A DNA stretch of 63,239 nt, counting the filler, from Chiloscyllium plagiosum (Eukaryota), in NCBI RefSeq assembly GCF_004010195.1. It is 3 parts of one record of this genome, joined end to end, with 100 filler letters (N's around TTAATTAATTAA, not from the genome) between each part and the next. Parts side by side here need not be neighbours in the genome. Positions count along the whole stretch, not along the records: positions 48,832 to 63,239 come from NC_057710.1; 2 more parts are not named here. One strand, written 5' to 3'. The notes beneath the pieces were generated by a model. It was not told where the DNA came from. It saw only the letters and a list, made by a program, of their open reading frames with translations, and did no database searches. The position numbers and the translations under genes are program-made. Positions 51,570 through 63,239 of the stretch are shown piece after piece (positions within the stretch are counted from its first letter, which is position 1; every line of letters begins with the position of its first letter).

Positions 51570-51875
51570 AGATTACTTTACAGTGTGGAAACAGGCCCTT
51601 CAGCCCAACAAGTCCACACCGACGCGCCGAAGCGCAGCCCACCCATGCCCCTACATTTACCCCTTACCTAACACTACGGGCAATTTAGCACGGCCAATTC
51701 ACCTGACCTGCACATCTTTGGACTGTGGGAGGAAACCAGAGCACCCGGAGGAAACCCACGCAGACACGGGGAGAACGTGCAAACCCCACACAGTCAGTCG
51801 CCTGAGGCGGGAATTGAGCCCGGGTCTCTGGCGCTGTGAGGCAGCAGTGCTAACCACTGTGCCACCGTGCCGCCC
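51570..51875 (-). mobile_element. HE1-like SINE, young (CpGs intact)
   Basis: Minus strand begins gggcggcacggtggcacagtggttagcactgctgcctcacagcgcc. Confidence 0.9.
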
Positions 51876-52164
51876 TCAAAGCCCTCAAAATAATGTTTTA
51901 ATAATAAGGATGACCCTTTCCGTGATAGTGAAGCTCACAAACCTTTTTTTTTAAATTACTCTTGGAATGTGAATGTCAGGGATCTAATTGCTGTTTAGAT
52001 GGTGGTGGTGAGGTGTCTTCTTGAACACAACTGAGTGATCTGCTCGGCCATTTCCAAAGATAGTTAAGAGGTAATCACATTGCCCTGGGTTTAGACTCAT
52101 ATTTAGACCAGAATAGGACAATATTCCTAACCTCTGACTTGCTGTTGTAGCTATTGTTTTCAGC

Positions 52165-52570
52165 GAGACATGATTTCCCACGCACAAAGCCATGTTGACT
52201 ATCTCTAATCAGTCCTATATATATATATATATTTTATGTTTATATATCTCAGCAAGAGGCCCAGCAATCACTTCCCTAGCTTCCCACAGAGTTCTCGAGT
52301 ACACCTGATCAGGTCCTGGGGCCTTATCCACTTTTATACGTTTCAAGACATCCAGCACTTCCTCCTCTGTAATATGAACGTTTTGCAAGGTGTCACCATG
52401 TATTTTGCTACTTTTTATATCTTCCATATCCTTTTCCAAAGTAAATACTGATGCAAAATACTCATTTAGCCCCATTTTCTGCAGCTTCACACAAAGGCTG
52501 CCTTGCTGATCTTTGGGGGGCCCTATTCTCTCCCTAGTTACCCTTTTGTCCTTAATGTATTTGTAAACTC
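52165..52570 (-). mobile_element. CR1-like LINE internal fragment
   Basis: YKYIKDKRVTRERIGP..NEYFASVFT..VDKAPGPD. Confidence 0.85.
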
Positions 52571-53664
52571 TAATGGTAAATTCCAGGATACGTTTACTGT
52601 GGGATTCAGTGATGGTACTGCTGTTAAATGTCAAGGGATTATTGGCTAGGTTCTCATTGGTGGAGACGGTCAATACTGAGCACAAATGTTACTTGTCCCT
52701 CTTCAGCCCAAACCTGGATATTGTTCCAACCTTGCTGTATTTGGACATGATCTGATGTGGTATCTAAAGAGTTGCGAATGGTGCTGAACATTATGCAATC
52801 ATCAGCGAACACCCCCACTTCTGACCTTACGATGGAGGGAAAGTCATTGACAAAGATGATTGGGCCTGAGACATGACTCTGAGGAACTCTCTTGAGATGC
52901 CCTTGAGCTGAGGTGGGTGACCTCCATCAACCACATCCATCTTCGATGGTGTGATTCCAATAGTTGAGAGTTTTCCCCAGTTCCCTTAGAATCTAAAACA
53001 AAACAAGAAAATCTGGAAATCTGAAACAAGAACAGAAATTGCTGTAGAAACTCAATAGATCTGGCAGTATCTGTTGGGAGGAAACAAAGTTAATGTTTCA
53101 AGCCTGATGGGGAAGGGGAGACCTTGTGGGAGGGAATTCTAGGAAATGGTCTGTATTTTATAAGGTCACAGACTTATAGAGATCGACAATACAGAAATGG
53201 TCCAATCGTGTCTGTGCCAGTCATAAATAGCCACCCATTTATTCTGATCCCATTTTCCAGCACTTGAGCTCTATATATCTTGGTATTGTAAGTGATCATC
53301 TAAATAATTCTTAATTATGAGGATTGCTGCCTCTACCACCCTTACAGGCCATGAGTTTTAGATTCCTACCACCCTCTGGGTGAAGACTTTGCATAAAGTG
53401 GTGCTAGTTGGTATCAACTTCGAATGCTTTGTCTATAATTTTATAATTATGCTCCTTTATTTTGATATCTCAGACCAGAGGAAATAACATCCTTTGATCT
53501 TCCCTATTAACTTATTCAATCATCTTAAGCACCTTGGTTCATCCTTTATTCAGGGGAATATCAACTTTGTCTTACCTGTTGTCATAAGCTAACCCTTTTA
53601 CCCCGGCATTACTGTGCAATCTGTGCGGCACCCACTGAAAAGCCAATATATCTTCCTGAGAAAG

Positions 53665-54290
53665 AGGAATTGCTGGAAAAAACCAGCAGGTCTGGCAGTA
53701 TCTGTGGGGAGAAATCCGAGTTAATATTTCAGGTCCACTGACCCTTCTTCTGAACTGATGGTAACTTGGAAAACATTTGTATTTATGCAGAAGATGGGGC
53801 GGTTGAGGCGGGGCAGGGGTATGGAGTTTGGGTGGGAGTGGAGGGTGAGAATAACCAATGGGTGGATATGGAGCCCAAAGAGAGATAAGAACAGTTGGAC
53901 AGACAAAGGAGTGGGTAAAGGTCAGTCTGGGGGAATGAATGGCTATTAATGGGGATTATTAGTAGCTGACAATTGTATGTGGTAGCAGCCCATGTGAGGA
54001 CAAGGCCTAATTGTTGGGGTTGAGGTAAGGCCCTGGTTGAAAGTGCCTCAAACTCTAAAATTGTTGATCTCAATATTAAGTCCAGAGGTCTGCAGGGAAA
54101 TGAGGTGCTGTTCTTCCAGCTTGTGCTGGGATTCTCTGGAGCACTGCAGCAAGCCTGAGACAGAGCTGTTGGCCAGGGAACAGGGTGGTGTGTTGAAGTG
54201 TCAGGCAACTGGAAGGTCAGGGTCTTCTTTTTTTTGTGGACAGAACATAGCTTCCCTAGATGTTGACTGCCTCCATGGTTGAGGAATGGA
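53665..54290 (-). mobile_element. Degenerate PLE 3' fragment (family C) with decayed hammerhead
   Basis: Minus strand has an LEEQHLI-like endonuclease tail, a pyrimidine-rich 3' UTR and gttcagaagaagggtcagtggacctgaaatattaac. Confidence 0.6.
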
Positions 54291-54559
54291 AAGGACTGGT
54301 GTGGAGCTTGCACATTCTCCCTGTATCTGCGTGAGTTTCCTCCGGATGCTCCGGTTTCCTTCTGCAATCCAGAGATGTGCAGGTTAGGTAAGTTGGCCAT
54401 GCTAAATTGCCCAAAGTGTAGGTATTAGTTAGGGGTAAATAGAGGGTAGGGGAATGGGTCTGGGTGGGTTACTCTTCGGAGGGTCGGTGTGGACCTGTTG
54501 GGCCAAAGTGGTAGGGATTCTAATTCTAAAAGAAATTCCAGAAAAGTTATTTCAGTAAG

Positions 54560-55815
54560 ACATTTGTTAAGATTCCCAAAATAGGCTCATTCAGAAAGTT
54601 AGGAGGTACGGGATACAGGGAAATTTGTCTGGATACAGAATTGGCTGGCCAAAAGAAGACAGCGAGTGGTAGTGGATGAAAAATATTCTGCCTGGAGGTC
54701 AGTGACCAGTGAGGCCCCATAGGGATCTGTTCTTCGGCCTCTGGTCTTTATAGTTTTTATAAATGACTTGGATGAAGAAGTGGAAGAGTAGCTTAGTAAG
54801 TTTGCCAATGACACAGAGGCCGCTGGTGTTGTAGGTAGTGTCAAGGGCTGTTGCAGGCTACAAGACATTGACAGGATGCAGAGCTGGGCTGACAAGTGGC
54901 AGATGGGGCTCGACCTGCATAAGTTCAAAGTGAATCATTTTGGAAGGTAAAATTTGAATGCTGAATACGTCCTGTCAGTTTGGAGGAACAGCGGGATTTG
55001 GGGTCCACGTACATAGATCCCTCAAAGTTGCCACCCAAGTTGATATGGTTGTTTAGAAGAGGCATGGTGTTTTGGCTTTCATTAACAGTGGAACTGAGTT
55101 TAAGAGCAGCGAGGTTTTGCTGCAGCTCTGTAGAGCCCTGGTTAAACCACACTTGGAATATTGTGTTCAGTTCTGGTCGACTCATTAAAGGAAGGATGTG
55201 GATGTTTTAGAGAGGGTCCAGAGGAGATTTACCAGCATGCTATCTGTACTGGTCTTAAGAAGAGAGGTTGAGTGAGCTTGGGTTTTCCACACTGGAGAGA
55301 AGAAGGAAGAGAGGTGACTTGATAGAGGTGTACAAGATAACAACCACCTGATGAAGGAGAAGTGCTCCGAAAGCTAGTGCTTCCAAATAAACCTGTTGAA
55401 CTGTGACCTGTTGTTGTGTGATTTTTAACTTTGTCCACCCCAATCCAACACCAGCACCTCCAAGTCAAGGCAATGAGAGGCATAGATAGAGTAAATAGAC
55501 AGAGACTTTTCCCCAGGGCAGAAATGGCTGTCACGAGGGGTCATAACTTTAAGGTGATTGGAGGAAGGTATAGGGGAGATGTCAGATGTAGGTTCTTTAT
55601 GTAGAGAGGGGTGGGTGCGTTGAATGCACTGCCAGTGGTGTTAGTAGAGACAGAGACATTAGGGGCATTTAAGCAACTGCTGGATAAGCGCATGGACGGC
55701 AGTAAGTTGAGGGGTGTGTAGGTTAGGTTGATCTTAGATTAAGATAAATGCTCGACACAACATCGTGAGTCAAAGGGCCTGTACTGTGTTGTACTGTTCT
55801 ATGTTCTATGTTCTA
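54560..55815 (+). mobile_element. CR1-like LINE RT/3' fragment
   Basis: wrsvts..gsvl..FINDLD..SKFANDT remnants. (gttctat)n tail. Confidence 0.8.
55345..55467 (+). ncRNA. Family-B PLE terminus with intact hammerhead core, inserted in CR1
   Basis: cac-ctgatga-a-ggag-aagtg-ctcc-gaaa-gc-ta-gtg at 55345-55379. Confidence 0.75.
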
Positions 55816-56590
55816 AGTTGCCAAGAAGAAAACAAAGATGGTGCTAGTGAAAAGTGGCAAGAAGAGGTGAAAGTCCAGGAAAGAAAGTTGTGTCATCGTT
55901 ATGACACACGGTAAACCCTTCTGCTAATTTAAACTAGATACACAGAAAAGCTCACTTCGCTTCATAATCTGTAAAAGTATGAGTGACAAAGAACTACCAA
56001 ATCCCACTACTTCGAGAAAAAAATTAACAATTTATTCTTCAACTCCAAGAAAATAGAAGAGCACATTAAACAACACCTAACTACACTGTCAGCTTACTTT
56101 ATCTGACTGATGTATCTACCTCCTACTCCACTACGACATACTGATCCAATAAAACCCCCCGATTAAACTTTAGAAAACAAATCAAATTTCAAAACCATCC
56201 AGCTGTCGTTTTTCCCTTGGTATCTTCCTGTCTTCTTTTCTTCAGTCTTCTGCTTCACAGATTTCATATGAAAAGGTACCTTTCAGAGAGCATGTCTGTG
56301 ACAATATGGTGCTCTTTGCCGTTCAAAATGCCTGATTTTTATACCCCAAAACATCTTGGATTGTCTTATTGGTTTAATGTCGTCAAAACATTAGAAATCA
56401 AATTCAATTGGATTTTGGTATTTTGGTGCATAATGTAAACTGATTGTCCAAATTCGAATTTGTTGTGTAACATAGCAACTCAGCTCCAGCTATCTGTTTC
56501 AGAGACAAATGTTACATTTTTAAATTTTTCAGTACATTCTGTGCTTGTTAAGTCCTTGTTAGAACACACCTACAACTTCAGAATGTCATC

Positions 56591-56859
56591 CACATCTACA
56601 AAGTGAGGAAGCAAGTTCACTCAAACATCACAGTTCCTCCAAGGCAATGAGCATCACGGACCCGTTCGTCAACGGTATTTACAAGTGTACCGCAAGGGAG
56701 ACTTCCCGCCTGGATCATTGCAACAACAATAGCAGCACCATCAGTTCCCAGGAAATCCGGAATGCCAAGTGCCTGCTGCTGCTGCTGTCCAGGGAGCTGG
56801 GCAAGCACACCGTGTCAGAGGGCACAAAGGCAGTGCCCTAATATACCAGCTCCAAGTGA
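56591..56859 (+). pseudogene. H2B: Histone H2B pseudogene (5'-truncated)
   Basis: [67 protein letters not shown] aligns to the H2B core. Frameshift near 56635 and premature TAA at 56839. Confidence 0.92.
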
Positions 56860-58800
56860 AACACCACATTGTATTGGGATAAAAAAAAATCATGTATCCT
56901 TCTCTAGGTGTAAAGACCAAACTGAAAGCAGTCTTACAAGTGGAGTCAGAACAGAACTTGGTATATCTGTGTGAACCCCGTCAATCTCTGCTAGGCATAA
57001 CCTCGAGAAAGATTGAATAAGAGAGCCGAAAGCAAACAGTAATGGTAGAGAAAGCATTATTTATCCCACCCCAACAGAAAGATAAAGACAAGCATCATTG
57101 GTCTGGACTTTCCAATGGCCACTTAGTCATTTCTGCAGCGTAGCTGGGAAGAGAGAATTGAGATCCTATGGGAACCCTCACGAAATACACGCGGAGGGAA
57201 TTGTCTGGGAAACTGAAGATTCCGATGGGTAATTGCCCTATGCCTGGAACTAAGACCATTCAAATTGGAGAATTTGGACTGTTCCGCTGCAGTAAAGGTA
57301 ATAGCCAGGAAAAGTTAGACATTTAGAGACCTAGTTTAACTCCTGGGTAACTAGCAAACTGATACCCCACTCCCCTCCCAACCCCCACCTCTCCCACCAC
57401 CAATGTACCACACAGCACTCCAACAACAACTTTCCCAAAACCCTTAAAACCCCAGAGTGTTCCCCTAGGGTAACTCTTCTCCCCTCTACCTCCCACACCC
57501 AAAGCATGGCAGTCTCTACACCACTACACCAGGGACCTGACACCCCTAGCAATCTTTGTCTGCTGCAGGACCCAACAGATTTGTCAAATGATGTCATTTA
57601 AGCAAATATAATACATGAAACTGATGTGTTCTCTCTCTCTGTCTCTGTCTCTCTCTCTCTCTCTCTCTGTCTCGCTGTCTTTCTCTCTAATCTTCACTCG
57701 ATATGTGAACGCATCGTGTCTTTACAAAACAATCATATTAACGTCACCGTGGTGCTTTTCTGCACTGACTGCTGCTGAACTCTCAGTTTCATGCCTGGCA
57801 TACCATGACTAATCTTCACTTCAGATTAAAATTTGAAGGTGAGAAATTTGTCCAGATCTGTGGTGGGTTTGGGGCATTAACATTAACTGCAGGGCCAGCA
57901 CAGCTCCGATGAACTGAATGGCCTCATTCTGTAACGAGAAGTCCCATTATTCTTGGACCCTTCCAGGAAATCAGGCATTTAAGCTTAAAAGTAAAAACTA
58001 AATTTATTTTCTTAGAAAACAGGTGGATTTTAAGTGACTGTGAAGGAATTTCATAAGGAGTTCTGAATATTTTTTTTTAACAATGGAGATGGGTTACTCG
58101 ACCAGTGAATCCAAAGTAAATGTGAGGACATTTGAAAGAAGAAAGAAAGCCATTTCTAAACGTGTATAAATTCAGATATTGGCAGTTGGACACAATGGGA
58201 CTGTGCAACTTGGTGCTTCATGCTAATAGCAGGAAAGACTAATACCTTCAGAGAGACAAAACCGCTAACAAACAGGAGCGGGAGAGCAGCAAAATAATGC
58301 ACACAAGGCTCGAGATTGAGCAAAAGAATAATTGTATCAGATATACTCCTTGAGGAAATATTCTCACCAAACTAATTATTAAACATGAAACAGAACTAAA
58401 TCAAGTGTGTTCCTCAATTTCCACCTCATCAAGCAGTGATTAACTTGCATCCCAGTTGGTAGTAGCAAGTGTCACAGGGGTATTTTGATGTTCAGTTAGA
58501 GATCTGTCTCGTTCTAATGGGTTTTCCACATTATGGTTTGTTGTTTTCTCTCTGCTTAACAGTCTGTCCCCTGTCTCTCTCTGTACACTGGTGTGGATGT
58601 GATTAAATCAGATTTGATTTTCATCTAAAGTCATTTCATTTGAGTTGAACACATTATAAATATCAGAGGTTTGCATGGAAAATAAGGAAAGATAATAAAA
58701 ACTAAAATCATGTCCACGCTTCCTTATATTGACATCAAAAGCCCCTGTTTTGACCTGGAGAAAGTGAGGACTGCAGATGCTGGAGATCAGAGCTGAAAAA

Positions 58801-59078
58801 TTAGATTACATTACATTACAACAAGTCCACACCGACCCGCCGAAGCGCAACCCACCCATACCCCTACATTTACCCCTTACCTAACACTACGGGCAATTTA
58901 GCATGGCCAATTCACCTGACCTGCACATCTTTGGACTGTGGGAGGAAACCGGAGCACCCGGAGGAAACCCACGCAGACACGGGGAGAACATGCAAACTCC
59001 ACAGTCAGTCGCCTGAGGTGGGAATTGAACCCGGGTCTCTGGCGCTGTGAGGCAGCTGTGCTAACCACTGTGCCACCC
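58801..59078 (-). mobile_element. HE1-like SINE, young
   Basis: Near-identical to the copy at 51570-51875. Confidence 0.9.
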
Positions 59079-59268
59079 ACAAAAAAATCAACTGATGGCA
59101 ATTTAACCTGGGGGGCACCAGAACTCAGACAAGGAAAGAGGTGGAGAAGGAGAGCTCTTCACAGTAACCCCAAACCAGTGATGAGGATTGAACTCATGCT
59201 GTTGGCATCATACTACTCTGTAAACCAATGATCTAGTCAACTGAGCTAAACCGATTAATGGTCTAACG

Positions 59269-60651
59269 AATGTGTTGCTGGAAAAGCGCAGCAGGTCAGG
59301 CAGCATCGAAGGAGCAGGAGAATCGACGTTTTGGGGATAAGCCCTTCTTCAGGAATGAGGAAGGTGTGCCAAGAGGTCGGGAAGAAGATTGCAGGTCAAT
59401 AAGGTGGTGCTGAGTCCGATGGTTGGGACTAAGAAAAGGTGGGGGGAGGGGAAATGAGGAAGGTGGAGAAATCTGCATTCATCCCTTGTGGTTGGAGGGT
59501 TCCGAAGCTGAAGCTGAGGCGCTCTTCCTCCAGGCGTCGTGTTGCCATGATCTGGCGATGGAGGAGGCCAAGGACCTGTATGTCCTTGGCGGAGTGTGAG
59601 GGTGAATTAAAGTGTTCAGCCATGGGGCGGTTGGGTTGGTTGGTGCGGGTGTCCCAGAGGTGTTCTGCAAGTAGGCGGCCTGTCTCCCCAAAGTATATGA
59701 GGCCACATCAGTTGTAGCGGATGCAGTAAATGATGTGTGTGGAAGTGCAGGTGAATTTGTGATGGATATGGAAGGATCCCTTGGGGCCTTGGACGGAAGT
59801 GAGGGGGGAGGTGTGGGTGCAAGTTTTGTATTTCTTGCGGTTGCAGGGGAAGGTGCCGGGAGTGGAGGTTGGGTTGGTGGAGTGTGTGGACCTGACAAGG
59901 GAGTCGTGGAGGGAGTGATCTTTCTGGAACGCTGATAGGGGTGGGGAGAGAAATATATCCTTGGTGGTGGGGTCTGTTTGGAGGTGGCGGAAATGACGAA
60001 GGATGATACGATGTATCTGGAGGTTGGTGGGGTGGTAGGTGAGGACCAGTGGGGTTCTGTCCTGGTGGTGATTGGAGGGGCGGGGTTCAAGGGCGAAGGA
60101 GCGGGAAGTGGAGGAGATGCGGTGGAGGGCATCATCAACCACTTCTGAGGGGAAATTGCGGCCTTTGAAGAAGGAGACCATCTGGGTTGTTCGGTATTGG
60201 AATTGGTCCTTTTGGGAGCAGATGCGGCGGAGGCGAAGGAATTGGGAATATGGGATGGTGTTTTTACAGGGCAGGGTGGGAGGAGGTGTAATCTAGGTAG
60301 CTGTGGGAGTCGGTCGGTTTGGCTACTTCTCTTTCCCATCCTCCCACTTCCTCCAAACCAAAGGAGTAGCCATGGGCCCCAGCTATGCCTGCCTCTTCGC
60401 CGTATATGTGGAACAGTCCATCTTCCGCAGCTACACTGGCACAATTCCCCACCTTTTCCTCTGCTACATCGATGACTGTATCGGCTCTACCTCGTGCTCC
60501 CACGAGGAGGTTGAACAGTTCATCCACTTTACTAACACCTTCCACCCCGACCTCAAATTTACCTGGATCATCTCAGACTCCTCCCTCCCCTTCCTTCTAT
60601 CTCGGGCGACCGACTCAATACGGACATTTACTATAAACCGACCGACTCCCA
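59269..60651 (-). mobile_element. Penelope-like element (RT thumb + GIY-YIG) with 5' inversion carrying the RT core
   Basis: Minus strand: KPTDSHSYLDYTSSHP..DRTPLVLTYHP..FTCTSTHIIYCIR..EHFN. Plus strand 60321-60651: QTKGVAMGPSYACLF..YIDDCIG..FHPDLKFT. Family A terminus at 59269-59355. Confidence 0.9.
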
Positions 60652-62874
60652 GTCTCCTGCAGCATCCTCCTGGCATGGCATTTCGATGGCGTGGTTTGGA
60701 GCGAGGGCATACCAAGAAGCTAGGTGTCAGCATGGTCTGTTGTACTAAACTTTTATTTCTGCAATGCTGGACATTTTATTTCTGTATCGTCTAAGATCCT
60801 GTAACTAAACAAGATGTGCCCCTGGGTACTTTTGAAGTCAGTGCTGTAATTGGCAACATATTTCCACTGTACTTATTGAGGATACGTGACAAGAAAAGCG
60901 ATTCTGTTCTTCCTTGAGGTCCAGTTGGCTGACCTTGTTACAATCCTGTAATCCTCAGTGCTTCCTACAGGTGGTGCTCAATATGGAGGAGTACTGATTC
61001 ATCATCTGAGGAAAGGGGAGGGGGTCAGTACACAGTAATCAGCAGGAGGTTTCCTTGCCCAAGTTTAATTCTGAATTCCATGAGGCTTCATGGCATCAAC
61101 TAACATGAACTGAGTCAGCTTCTGTTTGAGGGGGGTAATAGTTGCTTCTTTCAATTTTCATGGAGGCTGCCGCTTCTGTCTCTTGTTATGAGGCAGGATC
61201 AGGATCCTTGAGTGCTGATGATCTCGGTTCAGAGCTGCACCCAGCTGCAGTACAAGGTGAGAGGGTTCCTCACCAAAAAATATAATAAGATGGGATTGGC
61301 ACATGGATGGTGGTGTTGAGGCACCAAAGAGGCTGCAGAAGGTCTTGGACAGGCTAGGAGAATGGGCAAAGAAGTGGCAGATCACAGAATCCCTACAGTG
61401 TGGAAGTACACCATTCAGCCCATCAAGTCCACACTGACCCACTAAAGAGCATCCCACCCAAACCCACATCCCCTACCTGATCCCTGCGTTTCCCATGGCT
61501 AAATCATCTAACTTGCACTATGGGGCAATTTAGCATTGTCAATCCACATAACCAGCGCATCTTTGGACTGTGGGACGAAACCCATGCAGACAACAGGGAG
61601 AATGTGCAAAGTCTACATACACAGTTGCCCAAGGCTGGAATTGAACCCTGGTCCCTCGCACTGTGCTGAAGTTATTGGAATACAATGTGGGAAAGTGTGA
61701 GGTTAGGCACTTTGGGAGGAAGATTAGAGGCATAGATCATTTTCTAAATAGGGAAATGCTTCAGAAATCTGAAGGGACTTGGAAGTTGTAGTTCAAGATT
61801 CTCTTAATGCTAACATGCAGTTTCAGTTTACCTTTTGGATTTATAAGTGCTCTTCATTTATAAATCCCTAATGAGCCAAATTGGACAGCCATCTTGTGGA
61901 GATGGGCAGCCCTACCAGCCCAGTATCCACATCAACCAAAATGCTGCCACTTCAGTTAGTACCCTCACCTCCCATGCCTTCCACCATGTTGTAAAGAGGG
62001 TCCTGAAAATCCTGCCCATTGCATTTCCTATCAGAAGCACTGTCGGAAAGAGAGCCGAGTGAGTTAACACAAACATCAATCTTTCATTTCTTTTCTCTAA
62101 CCCTGTTGGTAAAGGGTCACTGGTATCCTTGTGTTCAATAAAGTGAGTTAATGCTGCCTGAAGTGGTCTCCTCTGCCTTTTAAGTGGAGAGGTTGTATAA
62201 AAGGCTCCCACTTGCACAGAAGCATTCATGGCTTTAAGCCGTTCTCAGGCACTATATAGTTGACACGGTCTTTTGTTATGTGTGGTTTCTGTGGCAATAT
62301 AAAGCAGGAAATCGATATAAATGAGACATTGAAGCAAAACCGTCATTGTCACTAACCGAGCAAAGTTGCAGAAAGAATTTCACTTCCTGTAAAACATGGA
62401 AGGGAGGCCAGGAGCAGGTCATACTGCCCTACAGGCCTGCTCTGTCATCCAGCTGAAATCTTAGCTAAAATTTATAATTTGCCATCCTAACCAGCAATCT
62501 CTTAATTCCTATAGAGTCTATCTATCAACCTCAGCAGTGATTATGTTGACTGTGCAACTGCGGTCTTCTGGGCTAGATATTTCCAAACACTCACAGCTTT
62601 CTGAATGAACGCCATCGCCTTCAAAACCTGTAAATGAGGATGTTCTCCTCACCTCAGTCCTAAATGCTCTTACACCACTTTGTGCTGAGACCGCATCCGT
62701 AATGCCTAAACAAGCCAATCAGAGGAAAGGGCCTCTCAGCAATGACCCTCTCTAAGAATTCATTGCATCTCATGTAAACAACAAGAAATGAAAACCTATT
62801 CCACTTAACTGAACAGCCCCTCCAGACTCAGTAATCAAACTTGACCAGTTTTGTTATACCCTGTCTAAGGGTCA

Positions 62875-63239
62875 GATAGAGTCATAGAGTCATAGAGATG
62901 TACAGCATGGAAACAGACCCTTCAGTCCAAGCCATCCATGCTGACCGGATATCCCAACCCAATCTAGTCCCACTTGCCAGCACCTGGCCCATATCCCTCC
63001 AAACCCTTCCTATTCATATACCCATCCAAATGCCTCTTAAATGTTGCAATTGTACCAGACTCCACCACTTCCTCTGGCAGCTCATTCTATACACGTACCA
63101 ACCTCTGTGTGAAAAAGTTGCCCCATAGGTCTCTTTTATACCTTTCCCCTCTCACCCTAAACCTATGCCCTCTAGTTCTGGACTCCCCAGAAAAGACTTT
63201 GTCTATTTATCCTATCCATGCCCCTCATAATTTTGTAAA
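62875..63239 (-). mobile_element. CR1-like LINE 3' end
   Basis: (tagagtca)n tail at 62877-62897. Reverse complement of the 51100-51410 region. Confidence 0.9.

Noticed and set aside
59479..60444. 321-aa Pro/Thr-rich ORF
   Set aside because: It is an off-frame reading of the PLE; the real motifs lie in other frames.

Overview
Repeat-dense vertebrate genomic DNA, almost certainly an elasmobranch (shark). This is inferred from many HE1/V-SINE-like SINEs, their CR1-type partner LINEs and DeuSINE-like remnants. No intact protein-coding gene is recognisable. The window contains: many CR1-like LINE fragments; Rex/Babar-like and Tx1/L1-like LINE fragments; Penelope-like elements (PLEs) of two types (GIY-YIG with a CCHH knuckle, and a Penelope/Poseidon-like C-terminus); a histone H2B pseudogene (56591-56859); a CpG-rich promoter with a candidate first exon (about 34400-35300); repeat-free CNE-like blocks; two minisatellites; and three assembly gaps, two with an artificial TTAATTAATTAA linker. 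The most interesting signal is a population of about 20 PLE-derived termini and mini-elements from at least four sequence families. They carry minimal type-I hammerhead ribozyme motifs (CTGAnGA-n-stemII-GAAA-palindromic stemIII-NUH), often as TSD-flanked fold-back insertions with a 35-45 nt tail on one arm only. Examples are a 383-bp-arm palindrome inside a CR1, an insertion that captured an inverted copy of neighbouring DNA, and copies whose tail-bearing arm starts at the predicted self-cleavage site. All calls are by eye, and boundaries of old repeats are approximate.
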